DNA of 64,000 bases from Camelus ferus (Eukaryota), in contig NC_045698.1 in NCBI RefSeq assembly GCF_009834535.1, forward strand, positions 8,806,001-8,870,000, written 5' to 3'. The stretch's first letter is position 1. The number at the start of each line of letters is the position of its first letter. The position numbers were made by a program, and so were the translations under genes. Under the pieces are notes generated by a model. That model made no database searches. It was not told the DNA's origin and saw only the letters and a list, made by a program, of their open reading frames with translations. This document shows positions 1-12,370 of the stretch, in pieces.

Positions 1-544
1 AAATAGCTTTATAAATCATGGATATTGATCTGAATAAGTCACTCTTCCAAGAGATTAAAAAGAAAAAATTGAATGAATCGTAGAACAAAACTAATGATTC
101 AGTTTTTCATTTTTAGTGATGGAAAAGCCAGGCAATCAAACAAAGAGATACATTTTCAAACACATTTGTGAGTCTAAATATAACTTTACAATAAAATTAG
201 ATGCCAGAAAAGAATATAAAAAAGATATTGATATAAGTGTTTATGTTCTTATGAATAAAGTTCTTTTATTACGACACTTAATTATTTTTATGTGAATATA
301 AAACCCTGAGGTAGTGATAACTATTTTTCATGAAATAATCTGACAAAAACGTTCCCATGAAAAAGAATAATCTTATTATATGATTTTCAACCTCGTTTAT
401 GTCCTGGTTTTTACTGATTCTTTTATCTGCCAGTCTGTGTAAAGTGTTTAAATACTTATAATTTTGATCTTAGCTGCATTTGTCTGGTCCTTATTCTATG
501 GTAAGGAGATACATTTCTTCTCCTTCCAAAATTCTGTAACGTTT

Positions 545-966
545 TGTGTAAGTTAACTATCACTGAATAATAAATCACCCCCAAATATAGTGGCATCAAA
601 CCATAAAAAGTTACTCTTTCACATATGTCTACATTGATTTGATGGTTCCACTGACTGGGCTGGACTTGTCAGGCATCGTGGTCAGATTTCTGGGAGCTGG
701 CTGATCTGGGGAGACCTGGGTTGGACCTACTTGACTCTGCTCAGCTTTACATGGTCCCCAGTAGTCCGGAAGTTCATCCCAGGACAGGTTTCTCATTGTG
801 GACAGGTCTCCAGAAGGGACAGCAGAAGTGAGCATCTAAAAGCTAAGACAAGTCACAGGGTCAGTCTAGATTCGGTAAGAAATATTGCAAAGTCATGTTT
901 CAAAGAATGAGAGGGTACAAAAAAGCTGGAGAATAGGGGCCATTTTTTGACATCAGTCCTGACACA
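545..966 (-). mobile_element. MaLR solo LTR (MLT1-type, old)
   Basis: Begins TGTGTAAGTTAACTATCACTG..AATCACCCCCAAATATAGTGGC and ends GGGGCCATTTTT..ACACA, the usual reverse-orientation MLT1 layout. Confidence 0.7.
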
Positions 967-1174
967 TATCGTATGCTTTATTTATTTGATTACAGATCAT
1001 TCAGGAAATGAGACGAGATTTTTTTTAAGACAGTTGCCATTGGTATTAAAGAAGACAATAAGCCATTGTTTTAGTATTTTCTTTATTGTTGATTCCTGTG
1101 GCTGGTTGCAAACTCTACAATGTCTTTTAACTATTTTTTATTAATTTTTATTTTTATATGTTGATATTCTATTT

Positions 1175-1545
1175 TTTTTGAGCACCTGTGAAGTAACATA
1201 TTTTACAGCACAAAGAGGAAGTACCATCTGCGTTACATTCAGTGAGTTCGCTTTATCAGGGAGACAGTAAAGATACAAGAAAATAAAACATCATGGTTTC
1301 CTGAAAACTGAAACATTCACTATGGAAATTACAGGGAAGGAACAGCTAAGCCTTTCTGTGGGAGTCTGGGGATGTTTTCTTTAGATGGAAAGGGTTGATC
1401 TCCAGCTGAAGAGATGAACAGGAGTTCATTACCTAGAAGGGGAAGGTGGGACGGGCATGTGACATACAGAAGATAAGTCGGTACACCCAGCAGTCAGGAG
1501 GAGGGAGCTGAGGCTGAAGTCAGAAAGGTGAAGGGCTTTGTAGGC
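1175..1545 (-). mobile_element. L2 LINE fragment
   Basis: TTGAGCACCT..GGGAGACAG..AGCTGAAGAGATGAACAGGAGTT resembles the decayed L2 3' region. Confidence 0.5.
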
Positions 1546-3049
1546 TCTCGTCACAAATATGAGCATATTTTATGAGAATCTGTAAAATCTGTGAATCCAC
1601 AAGACATTCAAACTCTGATTTTTTTTAATGTTTTGTGGAGTCCCAGGTTCCTATTTATACCCAGAAAGCGTATATTTTCCTGCCCCAACATACCTCCACC
1701 AAGCTTTTATTCTCCCAAGTGTTTGCTAATTTGACTTTGAACTCTAAGAAGGGGATTGAGTCATTTTTTCTTTTTTTTCATTTTCGCCCCTTTCCTTCCT
1801 TTGTCTTTTGAGTAATAGTACAATTTCGGCTAATAACCTGTGGCTCCTCTCTCCCATCTGCCACAACCACCAGTCAAGCTGTGCAAGATAGGTCAGTGAA
1901 CTCACTCATGACCTGTGACCTCCACTGCTTCAGTCTCTTGTGTCATGCTGCTGGCCAGAAGGCAGTTAAGAGCCTATCTGAATTTGGGTTTCAGAAATTA
2001 ATCAGAGGCCATTTTGGGCCTATAAATGTAGTCCACAGTCCATAATTCAGTGTTAGTTCCATTAATAGATAGTGTTAATTTGCTTCCAATTTGAAATTTC
2101 TTTAGTGCAAATAGCTTTCAGAGTCTTTTGATGGAAGCATACTGGCACTAGGGCAGATCTGAGCCCACTTGCTTCTGAGATATTACATCTACTCTCTCCT
2201 TCCACACCACCATTGCCCCAAACACACGTGAGTCAGCAGAATTTTAGAGCGAGAAGAGATAAAATTTCTAGATTGTCAGCTCCTTGGTACCAGGGGTGGA
2301 GTCTTGTTTATTATTGTTGTTGTTACTGGAATTATTATTTTAGTTCTTGGTTTATTGTCCAGTCCACAGTTAGTGCTCAAAAAATGACTATCACATGAAT
2401 ATAGTTCAACTCTCCTATGTTGTCAAAAGGGAAACGTCACTTAATGTAAAGGTCACTGTTTTCCCATAATGTCATCTGTTGAGGATTAATTACTATGTTT
2501 TTTTCCCAGATATTTTTTCCCAAGTTTACTTGTGACTTTATACCTCTGTCCTCTACTATCACAAATAGTCTGATGTTCTAATGCTGGTCAGTGGTATCAT
2601 TTATGTCTCACAATTTTCCAAAGCTTTTGGTAATCCTTAATACATAAGGTGATATAGCACAGTTTATTCATAGATATTCTCAGAATTAGGCTGTTTATTT
2701 TGGAGATCACAATACAGTCCCTCATTAAGTAAAATAAATCAGCTCAATTGGTCTGAGTTGGTGGACCAATGATCCCTTTCCTACCCTGACTCTACTAATT
2801 TTTGTAGCGAAGCTAGTAATCACTCCCCTTCCTGTATTCTTTTTGTAGATAATCTGTAGCCCCTTGAAGTTCCAACCGTCTGCTTCTGCCTTTATTGATT
2901 TGTTATCATTATTTTTTGGTAACATGTTACTCCTTTAATGCTGTTAACAGGACTGAAGTTTGGCCTTAAGAAACCTAATTTATATGCTATGCTGAGTCTA
3001 ACTTTCTAAGAATTTGAACTAGAAACCTTACAGTCTAGGCTAATTAATT

Positions 3050-3380
3050 TATGCTTGGTGTTGAACTTGAGCGATCGTTTGGATGAAAAGCCAGCGTGAA
3101 CGATAGGGTATACTAAGCCACTGGGGGACAGAAAAGACGTAACTCATTAGGAAATTTGTGTTTACGGAGACGTAGGGGAGTGCATTAGACGGCACAGCAA
3201 GAGGCAGAGACGAAGAGAGAAAGAGTTTCAGTTTCTAACTTTCAAACACCAGATCCAGGTACCTTGGGTGTGCATTTTTTCTATTTCCACAATATTTAGA
3301 AGGTCATCTATGTGCCTTAACAAAATAAACTCCTATACCTATATCAGCATGAATGTCTTTCTGTTACTGCAATTAAATAA
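3050..3380 (+). mobile_element. MLT1-type LTR fragment (3' part)
   Basis: AATAAA followed by TTTCTGTTACTGCAATTAAA, like the MLT1 3' terminus. Confidence 0.45.
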
Positions 3381-4599
3381 TAACAAACGCATTACTAACT
3401 TTTGAAGCTTCAAGTCCACTATTAGAGATACCTTTTCTGAAATGTGTTCCAAAAATATTTTCTTCTAACTTTCTTCTATTTTCTTTGGTAGCTGAGATTA
3501 GTACCACTGGAGATGACTTTCTTCAAGCCACTGTGTTTTCCAGTTCTTACTATGATCGTTGGTTCCAAAGGGCACCTGTTCCATCAGACTTTGAAATGTT
3601 GATAAGAAGCAGTGTCTAGCCAGTAAACCCCCCATGCATCACTAGGAGAGTATTTGAAAGCAGGATTCTTGCTCAGTTTTCTATTCTGCAAATGCATGTT
3701 GGCTTTAAAGGTCAAGAATGGTACCACAGGGATTTCTGATGGCATTATCCTGATTTCTCAGCTCTGAACCATTTTCTTTCCAAAGCTATAGAAGCAGAGG
3801 CTCTAAAATAAATTTAGTCATTACCCTTTATGATATTACCTCCACTTCTTTGCCTCTCTGGCAAAGCGCCTGATATTGGCTGACAGTGGAAAAGAGCTTT
3901 TCAATTCTGTCTTGGAAGAAAGGGAAGGAGAAAATCAAATAAAGAAAACCGGAGTACAATGGACTTCAAAATTCTACTGTCTGTTGTTTGCCAGTGACTG
4001 GTTTTCTAGAACACTGATCAAAGTTACTTGAAAAAGCAAAATCTGAGCTCCTACACACTTTCTTTCATTAAGCAATGTATTCACTTACTTATGAAGAGGA
4101 ATATATAACATTGAAATATTTCTTTATTTCTTCAAGATAACTTAATTTCTTTGCTTTTAAGAAATATATTTTATTATAGGAAATATATACACCTAACCTG
4201 GAAATACCAAACACATGCCTGTATACAAGCTTGTGTATAATATAAAAGAGTTCTTTAAACTATGAGTATTGTTTAGTATGACTTTAAGGAAAAGCACATG
4301 ATCATGGTGAATAATTCATTCTCACATTTTTCAAAAAGTGTATTTGTTTCTTCGGCTTAAGACGCTCATCACAAGTTTAACATCTCATGTAAAACCTGCT
4401 TCTTTGATTGACTTTTCTTTTCAAACTAGTCTATTCACAATTTTGTCCAGGTTTCATTCAGTTTTAAATATGAATCCCTTATATTCTGGGTTTCCTTCTT
4501 GTGTATAGAAATGCTATTCCCCCATAATATCTTTCTAGGCATGTATTTCTTACAAGCTTGACTATACTTTTTCTTGTTCCAATAATGTCTTAATGTCAA

Positions 4600-4850
4600 T
4601 GTGAGACATGGCAGTCATTGTGCTGCTCTTGTCTGCCCACTACATCTTTCTCTTTGACTTTTTTGGCTATCTGGCGATGCCCTTACAGAAACACGTCTTC
4701 CCAACGTCATGTACTCCTGGTGGGAGAATCAACACAGATGCTCACTGCCCTGTGACCAATGGGTAGGCATCTAACCCAAGCCAGGCTAATGATTTGCAAA
4801 CAGGAATTTGAAATGAACTTTGAGAAACAAAATGGCAGAAAGCAGCAGCT
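4600..4850 (+). mobile_element. MLT1-type LTR fragment (5' part)
   Basis: GGGTAGGCATCTAACCCAAGCCAGGCTAATGA resembles the MLT1J/K-type motif. Confidence 0.45.
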
Positions 4851-5429
4851 CAGTGGCCCCACAGTGTTTTATTCACTGTCAATTATTTGGAGACTTTACT
4901 TCATTTCTGATGCAATTTTAATGCATTTGCCTTCAATCTCATTTTTAATTGAGAGGTGCCTCTGTGGCTTATGGCTTCAAGGCGGTTGTGACTTTACTGG
5001 CTGGGTTGGGATTGGAGTAGAGATGGGGGTGTGAACATCTGTCTCACACAAATGCTTTCCTCTTTCTAGGGTTTCCCTAGGGTTGTAGTTTTTAAAAAAG
5101 GAATGGAAAACAGTGAGCTCTACTCATGGTGTGAATTGAATAGTCCACTCTTGCTGTTCATGTTCTGAATCATTGTTATCCTACATATGAAATCTCAAGT
5201 CAGGACTTTGAAATAAAAGTGAACTTATCTAACTCAGCTCCCTACCCTACCTTACACCAACCACGCAGTGGAACAGGAGAAAAGGGGAAGGGAGGCCAAG
5301 TACACTGCAGACTCTGATTCTCAAAATAAGTGAGTCCCTACCTCCCGCCTGCCTTCACAACCCTCTTCATCAAAGAGTTGGGACATCTGTTTCTCAACTT
5401 CCTGTGCATTGTGTTAGATATTTTGAGTG

Positions 5430-6400
5430 ATCCTGCAAATTCAAACAAGTAAAATGCTACATAAGATACATTTAAGAAGAAGAATATATTTATGAACGGA
5501 CATAAAATAAGGAATCTTTGGATCCCCCAAATATAGTGAAAGCAGAATCTCTGGGAGAAAAGTGAGGGCTGGAATTAACTTTCACTCAGAGTGTTTCTGG
5601 AAACCTCGAATTTTGATTTTAATAGCCAGTTATACCAGATATGACAGCTGAAAACATTTAGGGTTTCCTTAATGTGAGGAAGCTGATAGGATGAATAAGA
5701 ATGAGACTTGCCACCCAGCAGGGTGATCTGGATCCTTCCAAATCCAGAACGAGATGGATGATCGAGATAATGAAGTAGCTGAGACTTCAGAACAATTCGA
5801 ATGTGAAGCGTATCCCAGCCTAGACACATTCCAGAGAAGTTGTAGGACCCCAAGGCAAAAGAGAAGATCTTAAAAAGTGGTGGATAAGTTTGGATGGGTG
5901 AGCCTCTTTAAAGTGGGTAGACTAGCAGCCTCTCTATTGCAACAAAGAAGGCAGAGCTTGATGGAGTTACGGCTGCGCTGAATTCGAGGAAAACGTCTGT
6001 TAACCTAGGATGCTAACCCGACAAATGATCTTTTAGGAAAGAAGGTGAATAAGGACATCTTTAGATACAAAAACGGTTTACTACTAACTACCTTCCTCCG
6101 ACAGGGGAAAATGGATAGTTTCCAACAGAAGAAGGAAGGGTGCATAAAGATATTTGTAAAAAAGAGAGCAAAATTTAGTAAATACAGATGGCATAGAAGC
6201 AAATGATGGATAAAGCCATAATCTGATGTTAGTTAAATTTAAAAAAATTGTGCATAATAGATTTAAATCTATTAATTAAATAGGTGAAGTCAGTATAAAG
6301 AAGCAGAAAGAATATATAACACCCCAACAAGAAGAGGAGAAAAAATAATGTTTGAATGACAACACTTAGTTCATATAGAAGGTAGGCAAGGTGGGGAGGA
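5430..6400 (+). mobile_element. Ancient L1/HAL1 ORF1 remnant
   Basis: CCTAGACACATT..AAGGCAAAAGAGAAGATCTTAAAA..AACCTAGGATGCTAACCCG..GAAGGTGAATAAGGACAT matches decayed L1 ORF1 C-terminal coding DNA; many stops. Confidence 0.6.
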
Positions 6401-7429
6401 TGAATAGCAGGTCCAGTGATGCAAACCCCACCTCATCTGGAATAATTTTGGGCGAGAGGAAAGAGGGCTGGTATTGATACAGGTGGATCCTATGTGAAGC
6501 CAGGGCTGTGAGTCACTCTTATTTGCTGCATCTTTCATATTTTCTTTGGTACAAAGTGTAGAGACCGAATTTTTTTAATTGAAAAGCATTTCCCATTGTA
6601 ATGGTCTATAACATTGGGTTATTCTATTCACTACAGAGCACATCTTACAAAATAAAAAATTACTGAATTTTACTCTTGTATGTAAATCAAATATCCTGCA
6701 ACATAAATCTCAAAACCTTGTTTCAGTGTGTTTCAATATTCCTTTCCTTAAAGGAAAGAAATATTGTGCAAATACTGTCCTTCTGAGAATTTGTTTTCAT
6801 CTTAAAATGTTACTGTTTTTAAATGTGGATTCTTCAAATGTCAACAAAAATGGTCTTAAGCCAAAAGGAAGGAGTTATTTTCCTCAAAAATTTGCACTAC
6901 AATTATGATTATGTTGTCTTAGAAAAACTTCTAATTTTCATTTAATGAACATACGACAATATATTTAGTGAAATAAACTTACTCAAATGTCCGTTCGTAT
7001 TTATTTGTTTTTGTAGACAGGTGACATTAATTGATTAGAAAACGAAAAAGCTACTTTATAATTTAAGGGTTTAATCAAGGTAATTAGAACGCTGAGTGAT
7101 TCAATTATTTGATTTGATTAATTTGATGCATTCTAATGTTTTTATTTGGAGAAATCAAAAAGTTGGGGTGAAACCGTAACAAGACGAGGATATCAAAAGT
7201 AAGGCGTAGCTTTAGGGCCACGGAAATGTAGACTGTCTTACGTCTGGATATTAACATGAAAAATGTTGAAATTAACATTATAATTTCCCAAACTTTCTAG
7301 TACGTTGAACTGCATAAAATAAAGAATGAGGACTGTGTTTATGGGTATTTTTAATTAAATTAAGTTATTCTTTATAAACTGAATTTTTTTGTAAGTCTGT
7401 CATCTTTCTTGTTCAGCCTTGTAAATAAC

Positions 7430-7512
7430 ATTTTTTTAAAATTGAAGTATAGTCAGTTTTTAATGTTGTGTTAACTTTTGGTGTACAATATAATGATTCA
7501 GTAATATACACA
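7430..7512 (-). mobile_element. Short L1 3' end (cetartiodactyl-type)
   Basis: T-tract then AATTGAAGTATAGTCAGTTT..TGTTGTGTTAA..GGTGTACA..TGATTCAG; same family as the copies at 21012, 28301, 34312 and 40033. Confidence 0.75.
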
Positions 7513-8194
7513 ATAGTATTTTTTGATCATATTCGCTGAGATATTGTTTCTCTGCATGAAGCCTTATGTTAAGAAATGTATCTGTTTGATTTTAGAGTGT
7601 TTAAAAACATCTCCTCATATGTTGTTTGCCTTAGGTTAATATCCAACCATTTTAAGCCCCTGATTTTCTGAATTTTATCTTTCATATTGCTATGTCATTG
7701 AGGATCAAATAGGCATTCACAACTTCTTCCATAACTCTTGATTTCACGATGCATTGCTGCCCCACAGAGTCATGGGCTAACTAATGAATGAATGATTTAT
7801 TTACTTACCACTTGTAACCAGTCTCTATCTTCTTTGCTTCTCCTTTGACTATATGTTTCAATTAAAAAAAAATAAAACTCTTTGTTACAACTAGAATAAA
7901 TTAAGTTTTGATCTGAATATACACAATACTACACTTTAATTAAAGATAGGTAGTACACAGTTTTTTTCCCCCCAAATGATTTTTATCTGGGTAAGTTCTG
8001 CCAACAATGTATTTTGTTACCATCTAAACGTGGTTTTATTCTCACATTCATTTATTATTACAAAGGTCTTTAAATAGTGTCTGCCCATCAAGAATCTGGA
8101 AGAACTCAGCTTGCATTATGTGGCAGCTAAACCTTTATATTTCCAAGTGAGTTTAAAAGAATATCAACCAGACAAAGAGGACACATTGAGTGTG

Positions 8195-8815
8195 TGTGGA
8201 ATGAGACAGGAACAAGGCGATCCCATGGCCACAGAAACCCCAGACATCTCCCTCTTCTGTCTGACATGCACAGTGTTTGTTTTCTAGCCTTGACTCTTCC
8301 TTCCTTCAGTATCTTAGAGAAATATTATTGAAATGTATGTATGTTAATATTACTATTATGTTAATAATAATCATATACTACTAATTTTATATTGTATATT
8401 GTAATATACATAATATATAATTATATAAACTTTTGTATATCATATACATTATATAAAATAATATATAATAAATGCATAAGTTTATTTATATAATTACTTA
8501 TATATTTATACGATATATTTATATGACATAATTATACTTCTATCTATTCTTATAATTAAATATAAAATAATTAAGAACATTATCATTATTTGTGTTATTA
8601 TCATAAAATTGCCCCTCTTGCTTGACAGCCTGAATGCAGGACTGGCCCCCTGCTTCCTTAAACACTGGCCTTAGAATTATTCAAATATCCTGTGAATCCC
8701 TTTCCAAGTCCCCCTTACTGAGATGCCCCGCAGCTGCTCTGGCCTGTGTTCACCCTTGCTGTACGAGTCAATAAGCCTGACTTGCTTCATGTAGTCATTT
8801 CATGTTTTACTACAG
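8195..8815 (+). mobile_element. ERV-type solo LTR containing an AT-rich low-complexity block (about 8335-8600)
   Basis: GC-richer flanks with LTR-like R/U5 (CCTTGCTG..GAGTCAATAAGCCTGACTTG); family uncertain. Confidence 0.5.
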
Positions 8816-8869
8816 GCATAGCATTCATTTAATCAGATCTGAGGATGAGTGCCATGTGGAGCATATCCT

Positions 8870-9030
8870 CACTTCCGTGTTAACCTTGGAAAGGCAGTTA
8901 GCTGAGCCCCTCTGAGCCTGAAAGTCCTTATCTACGTTGCGGGGATACAGTGTCAACCCTGTCATTTGTGTTGCTTTGGGGATCAAATGAGAACGTAATG
9001 GTGTATCAGTTATCAAGTGCTATGCAAACT
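8870..9030 (+). mobile_element. MIR SINE
   Basis: MIR core: CCTCTGAGCCTG..CCTTATCT..GGGGATA..GGGGATCAAATGAGA. Confidence 0.7.
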
Positions 9031-9434
9031 TGAGTTGCTAATGTCATCACATTCCATTATCATACTATTTAGGCAAAATGCCATTTTTGCTCACCCAGTG
9101 CCCACTGAGCTCTGGCCTTCTGCGTTAGCTTTCATGAATAGAAAATACTGCTTTCTGCACTGCACCTAGCAATGCCTGATTGCTTGACATGTGTCATCAG
9201 TACTTTATTTATTAAAGATGTAGGGCTCAAAAATAAATGGCGATAGTTTTTCTACATACTCCCATGTTTTTTATGGTAGATGTATTTTGGTTGACTCTAT
9301 CGACCCTGATTTTAAATATTTTATATGAAGCAGAGTATAGCAGACAAGTTCGCCATCAATACGAATGTTATGTTTCCTGTATACTGTGTACTGTTTCACT
9401 TTAAACTAAGTGAGTTACCCGAACACATCAGACT

Positions 9435-9565
9435 TCTGTAGTCCTGGTTCTTAAGCAAAAGCAGGATTGTATTTCAGACCTAATAAATCAATATCCCTAA
9501 GGCTGGAACCCAACAATCTGCACATTTCAGAAGTCCTCCGGCCTCCTGAGCACACTGAAGAGACG
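9435..9565. mobile_element. MER5-like hAT DNA transposon fragment
   Basis: CAGACCTAATAAATCAATATCCCTAAGGCTGGAACCCAACAATCTGCAC resembles MER5A. Confidence 0.5.
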
Positions 9566-9934
9566 GATTCTGCTGGAAGGTCTAGACAACTCTGCTCTTG
9601 ACAAATCAGATATACATCTTAAATTTCTAAAAAGATTTCACCTGTGGCATAAAACCTCACCTTTCAAATCACAGAAGAAAAAAAATCCACAAATCAAAAC
9701 TATTATCAAATAATCTGAACATTTTGTTATAAGATTTCCTAAAATACCATAATATTTCAAGCAAAAAAATTCATGAAGAAAAGTAAAAATTTTCTTACTC
9801 CGAAATAAAATGATGTAAAAATTATTTGGCTGTAATTTGTGACATCTGTAGTAGATTAAAAATTCTCCAATTTTCCATAGCCCTACTATGTTTATAACCA
9901 GTTTTAAAAATGATCAGGAATGTAGAAAAGGGAA

Positions 9935-10279
9935 CAGAAAGCTTTTCTATAACAGGTCACATGGTAAATATTCTAGACTCTTCAGCCATACATCTTCTGT
10001 GTCAACTACTTGAGTCTGTCCTTGTAGTTCAAAAGCAGTCCTGGAAAACATAACTGAATGGGTATGGATGTGTTTCAGTGAAAATCAGTTTATCAGAGGG
10101 AGGGTATAGCTCAGTGGTAGAGCGTGTGCTTAGCATGCAGAAGGTCCTGGGTTCAATCCCCAGTACCTCCATTTAAAAAGCTTAAGTAAATAAGTGAATA
10201 AATAAACCTAATTATGTCCCCTCCCCCCAAGAATTCAATTTAGCAAAACAAGCCCCGGTCTTAGTGTGCCAATCCCTGA
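9935..10279 (+). mobile_element. MER58A-like hAT-Charlie MITE, interrupted by a SINE
   Basis: GTAAATATTCTAGACT..CAACTACTTGAGTCTG..TTGTAG..AAAGCAG..GAATGGGTATGGATGTGTT; resumes after the SINE and ends TGCCAATCCCTG. Confidence 0.75.
10096..10230 (+). mobile_element. tRNA-Ala(AGC)-derived SINE (camelid Vic-1-like)
   Basis: GGGAGGGTATAGCTCAGTGGTAGAGCG..CTTAGCATG..GGTTCAATCCCCAGTACCTCCA plus AAATAAACCTAATTA..CCCC tail; degenerate TSD at 10081-10095 / 10231-10245. Confidence 0.9.
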
Positions 10280-11439
10280 CATCGAAGTTAATCTCTTTTT
10301 CACTGATTATTGTTAAGAAACCTAAATGTCGACAAATTCTTGAGACCATATGAAGGCTTGGCATATGATACAAGACCTCAGGAATCCCAGAATTGAAATC
10401 TTCTCAGTGCTTTAGGATGCTTGTTTTCTAGATTTTTTTCTTAATAAGTACAGTTTTGTTTTATTTTTCTGTTTCTTTAACAGTTTAACTTATCTTGTAT
10501 CCAGTACTATTGTAGTTGCAAAACAAGTGTAGTATCCAACAGACAGAAGAACAGTTATTTACCAATACTTCTCAGTGTTCGTGTATAAGCTAATTTAGTC
10601 ATAAGCAAACAAGATCTTTTATTAGGATTATTTGTTTATCCTATAATCACTCAAATGAGTTATTTTCAGGGATAGATTTAATTCAGCATTAAATAGTGAC
10701 CTAAATGTTAATCTTTCTTCTTACTTGAAATATTTTAAAGTGCTACACCGTGACATGGGATTAGAGCATGTAAATATTCATATCACCTGTCGGTTTGTAT
10801 ACTTCTTCATTTGAAAATAGTGTCCTCATTAAGAAAATGATAAAGTAAAATTAGTGTCTTTTCCTTTGATGCACGCATTTGGGCTGTATTAGCATAACGT
10901 GTGATCCAGAAAACACATAAAAAGCCTTGCATTCAGAAATGTCACAAATGTCAAGAGCTTTCTGAAAGTCTGAATCACAGGAGCACCCGGAAAGATGTAC
11001 ATTTTGAAATATGCCATAATCTATTAGGTATGACAAGAACTGGCTTTTTAACAAAACTAACATTATCCAATCAAAAATTTCACTTGTCATAGAAAAATCT
11101 GGCTCTTAGAAAATGTCTTCTTTTTCTATTATGGAAGCTGGCAGCTCTTTAATTTGGGCTTCCTTGCATATGCCTTATTATTCCAAGGAAAAATTTCACT
11201 TATCATTATTAAATTACGCGTTTCTCTTAATAGAATACGTGGAGATCCCAACAGAATCACTCACATGGAATTCACCCACCAAATCTGACTAAAGTACTCT
11301 TTGGATGTGATAACAAAGAGGTGTGTGCTTTTCACTGAGTACAAGAAATTAGTGTGCAGAACTAAGCTGCACTGATCCAGAGTGGTGCCTGGCTCGACAG
11401 GCTTGACAAAGCAAAGTTTATTAATTGCCTTTTCTTCCC

Positions 11440-11855
11440 TGTAATGTTGGTTCCAAACTTTGGGAGTCCCCCAGGTGGAATCTGAAACTGGCTTTCACAC
11501 ATGGAGGGCAAAGAGAGAGTGGAGAAAAAGGCAGATCACTCCAGATTGCTAGACAACAATATTAACAAGCATGGGAATTTACCTGCCAGGCTTGGGCATC
11601 ACAAGATTAGTAGACCACACTTGCCCACCAGCATCTGCACAGTTTATAGAGAGGCCTTAAGTGGGTTCAGTCGCAGACACATTCAGGTGGTCTCAACAAC
11701 ATGCTGCCCTCTCAAGGCTGCGTCCTTGAAAAGGGCTCAGGCTATGGGAACTGTGGGCAGAAGTTACATTCCAAGGACAGGGAAGGCTTGGATGGGGAGC
11801 CTTTGGTTGCTAGCAGGTCCTCTTATGATCTCTTCCAATCTGTATCACTTTTCAA
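11440..11855 (-). mobile_element. ERVL-type solo LTR (MER74/MER73-like, family tentative)
   Basis: Starts TGTAATG; about 420-bp GC-richer block with LTR-like content; explains ORFs 11501 and 11701. Confidence 0.55.
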
Positions 11856-12251
11856 CCCCCTGCTCATGTTTCTTTTCCATCCCCGATAAACTGCTTGACC
11901 TTCCAGCTTTGTCAGGGCATCTGCCTTTGGAGTAATTCAGTCGCAATGCAAAATTGATAAATGTCATTTTTGTTACAATTGTTTTATCAACAGTGATTGT
12001 GTTATTCTGTGATAACAAACCGAAATATAACTTCCAACACTTTGGACTATTTTAAATTGATTAATAAATAAGCTTTTTGAGTATTTGGACACTTTCTAAG
12101 AGAGATTTAGAGCGATTCAAATCCATAAAAAGAAAAAGCCAAAGTACTTGGTCCCAAAGCAGTGGTTTTCTTTTCTTTTCTTTTTCTGTATAAAAACATT
12201 GCAAATTATAAATAAGAGTGATATGAGTTACTTATAATATGCTTAAAATTA

Positions 12252-12370
12252 GTATATATATATATTTTTTCTTTTTTTTCATTTTCGTTATAGGTTATTA
12301 CAAGATATTGAATATAGTTCCCTGTGACATTCAGTATATTTTATTACATGTTTGTTTATGTATTTTAAGA
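12252..12370 (-). mobile_element. L1 3' UTR fragment
   Basis: TTATAGGTTATTACAAGATATTGAATATAGTTCCCTGTG. Confidence 0.8.

Noticed and set aside
308..330. TGAGGTAGT let-7-like start
   Set aside because: Match ends after 9 nt; no let-7 precursor hairpin
3492..3618. Open frame after a TAG acceptor (EISTTGDDFLQATVF..)
   Set aside because: Short, unrecognised peptide with no supporting exon chain
10096..10171. Functional tRNA-Ala(AGC) gene
   Set aside because: Has a SINE tail and TSD, sits inside a MER58, has stem mismatches, lacks a T4 terminator, and has three paralogous SINE copies in the window
11501..11935. 144-aa ORF
   Set aside because: Lies within an LTR-like repeat; no recognisable protein
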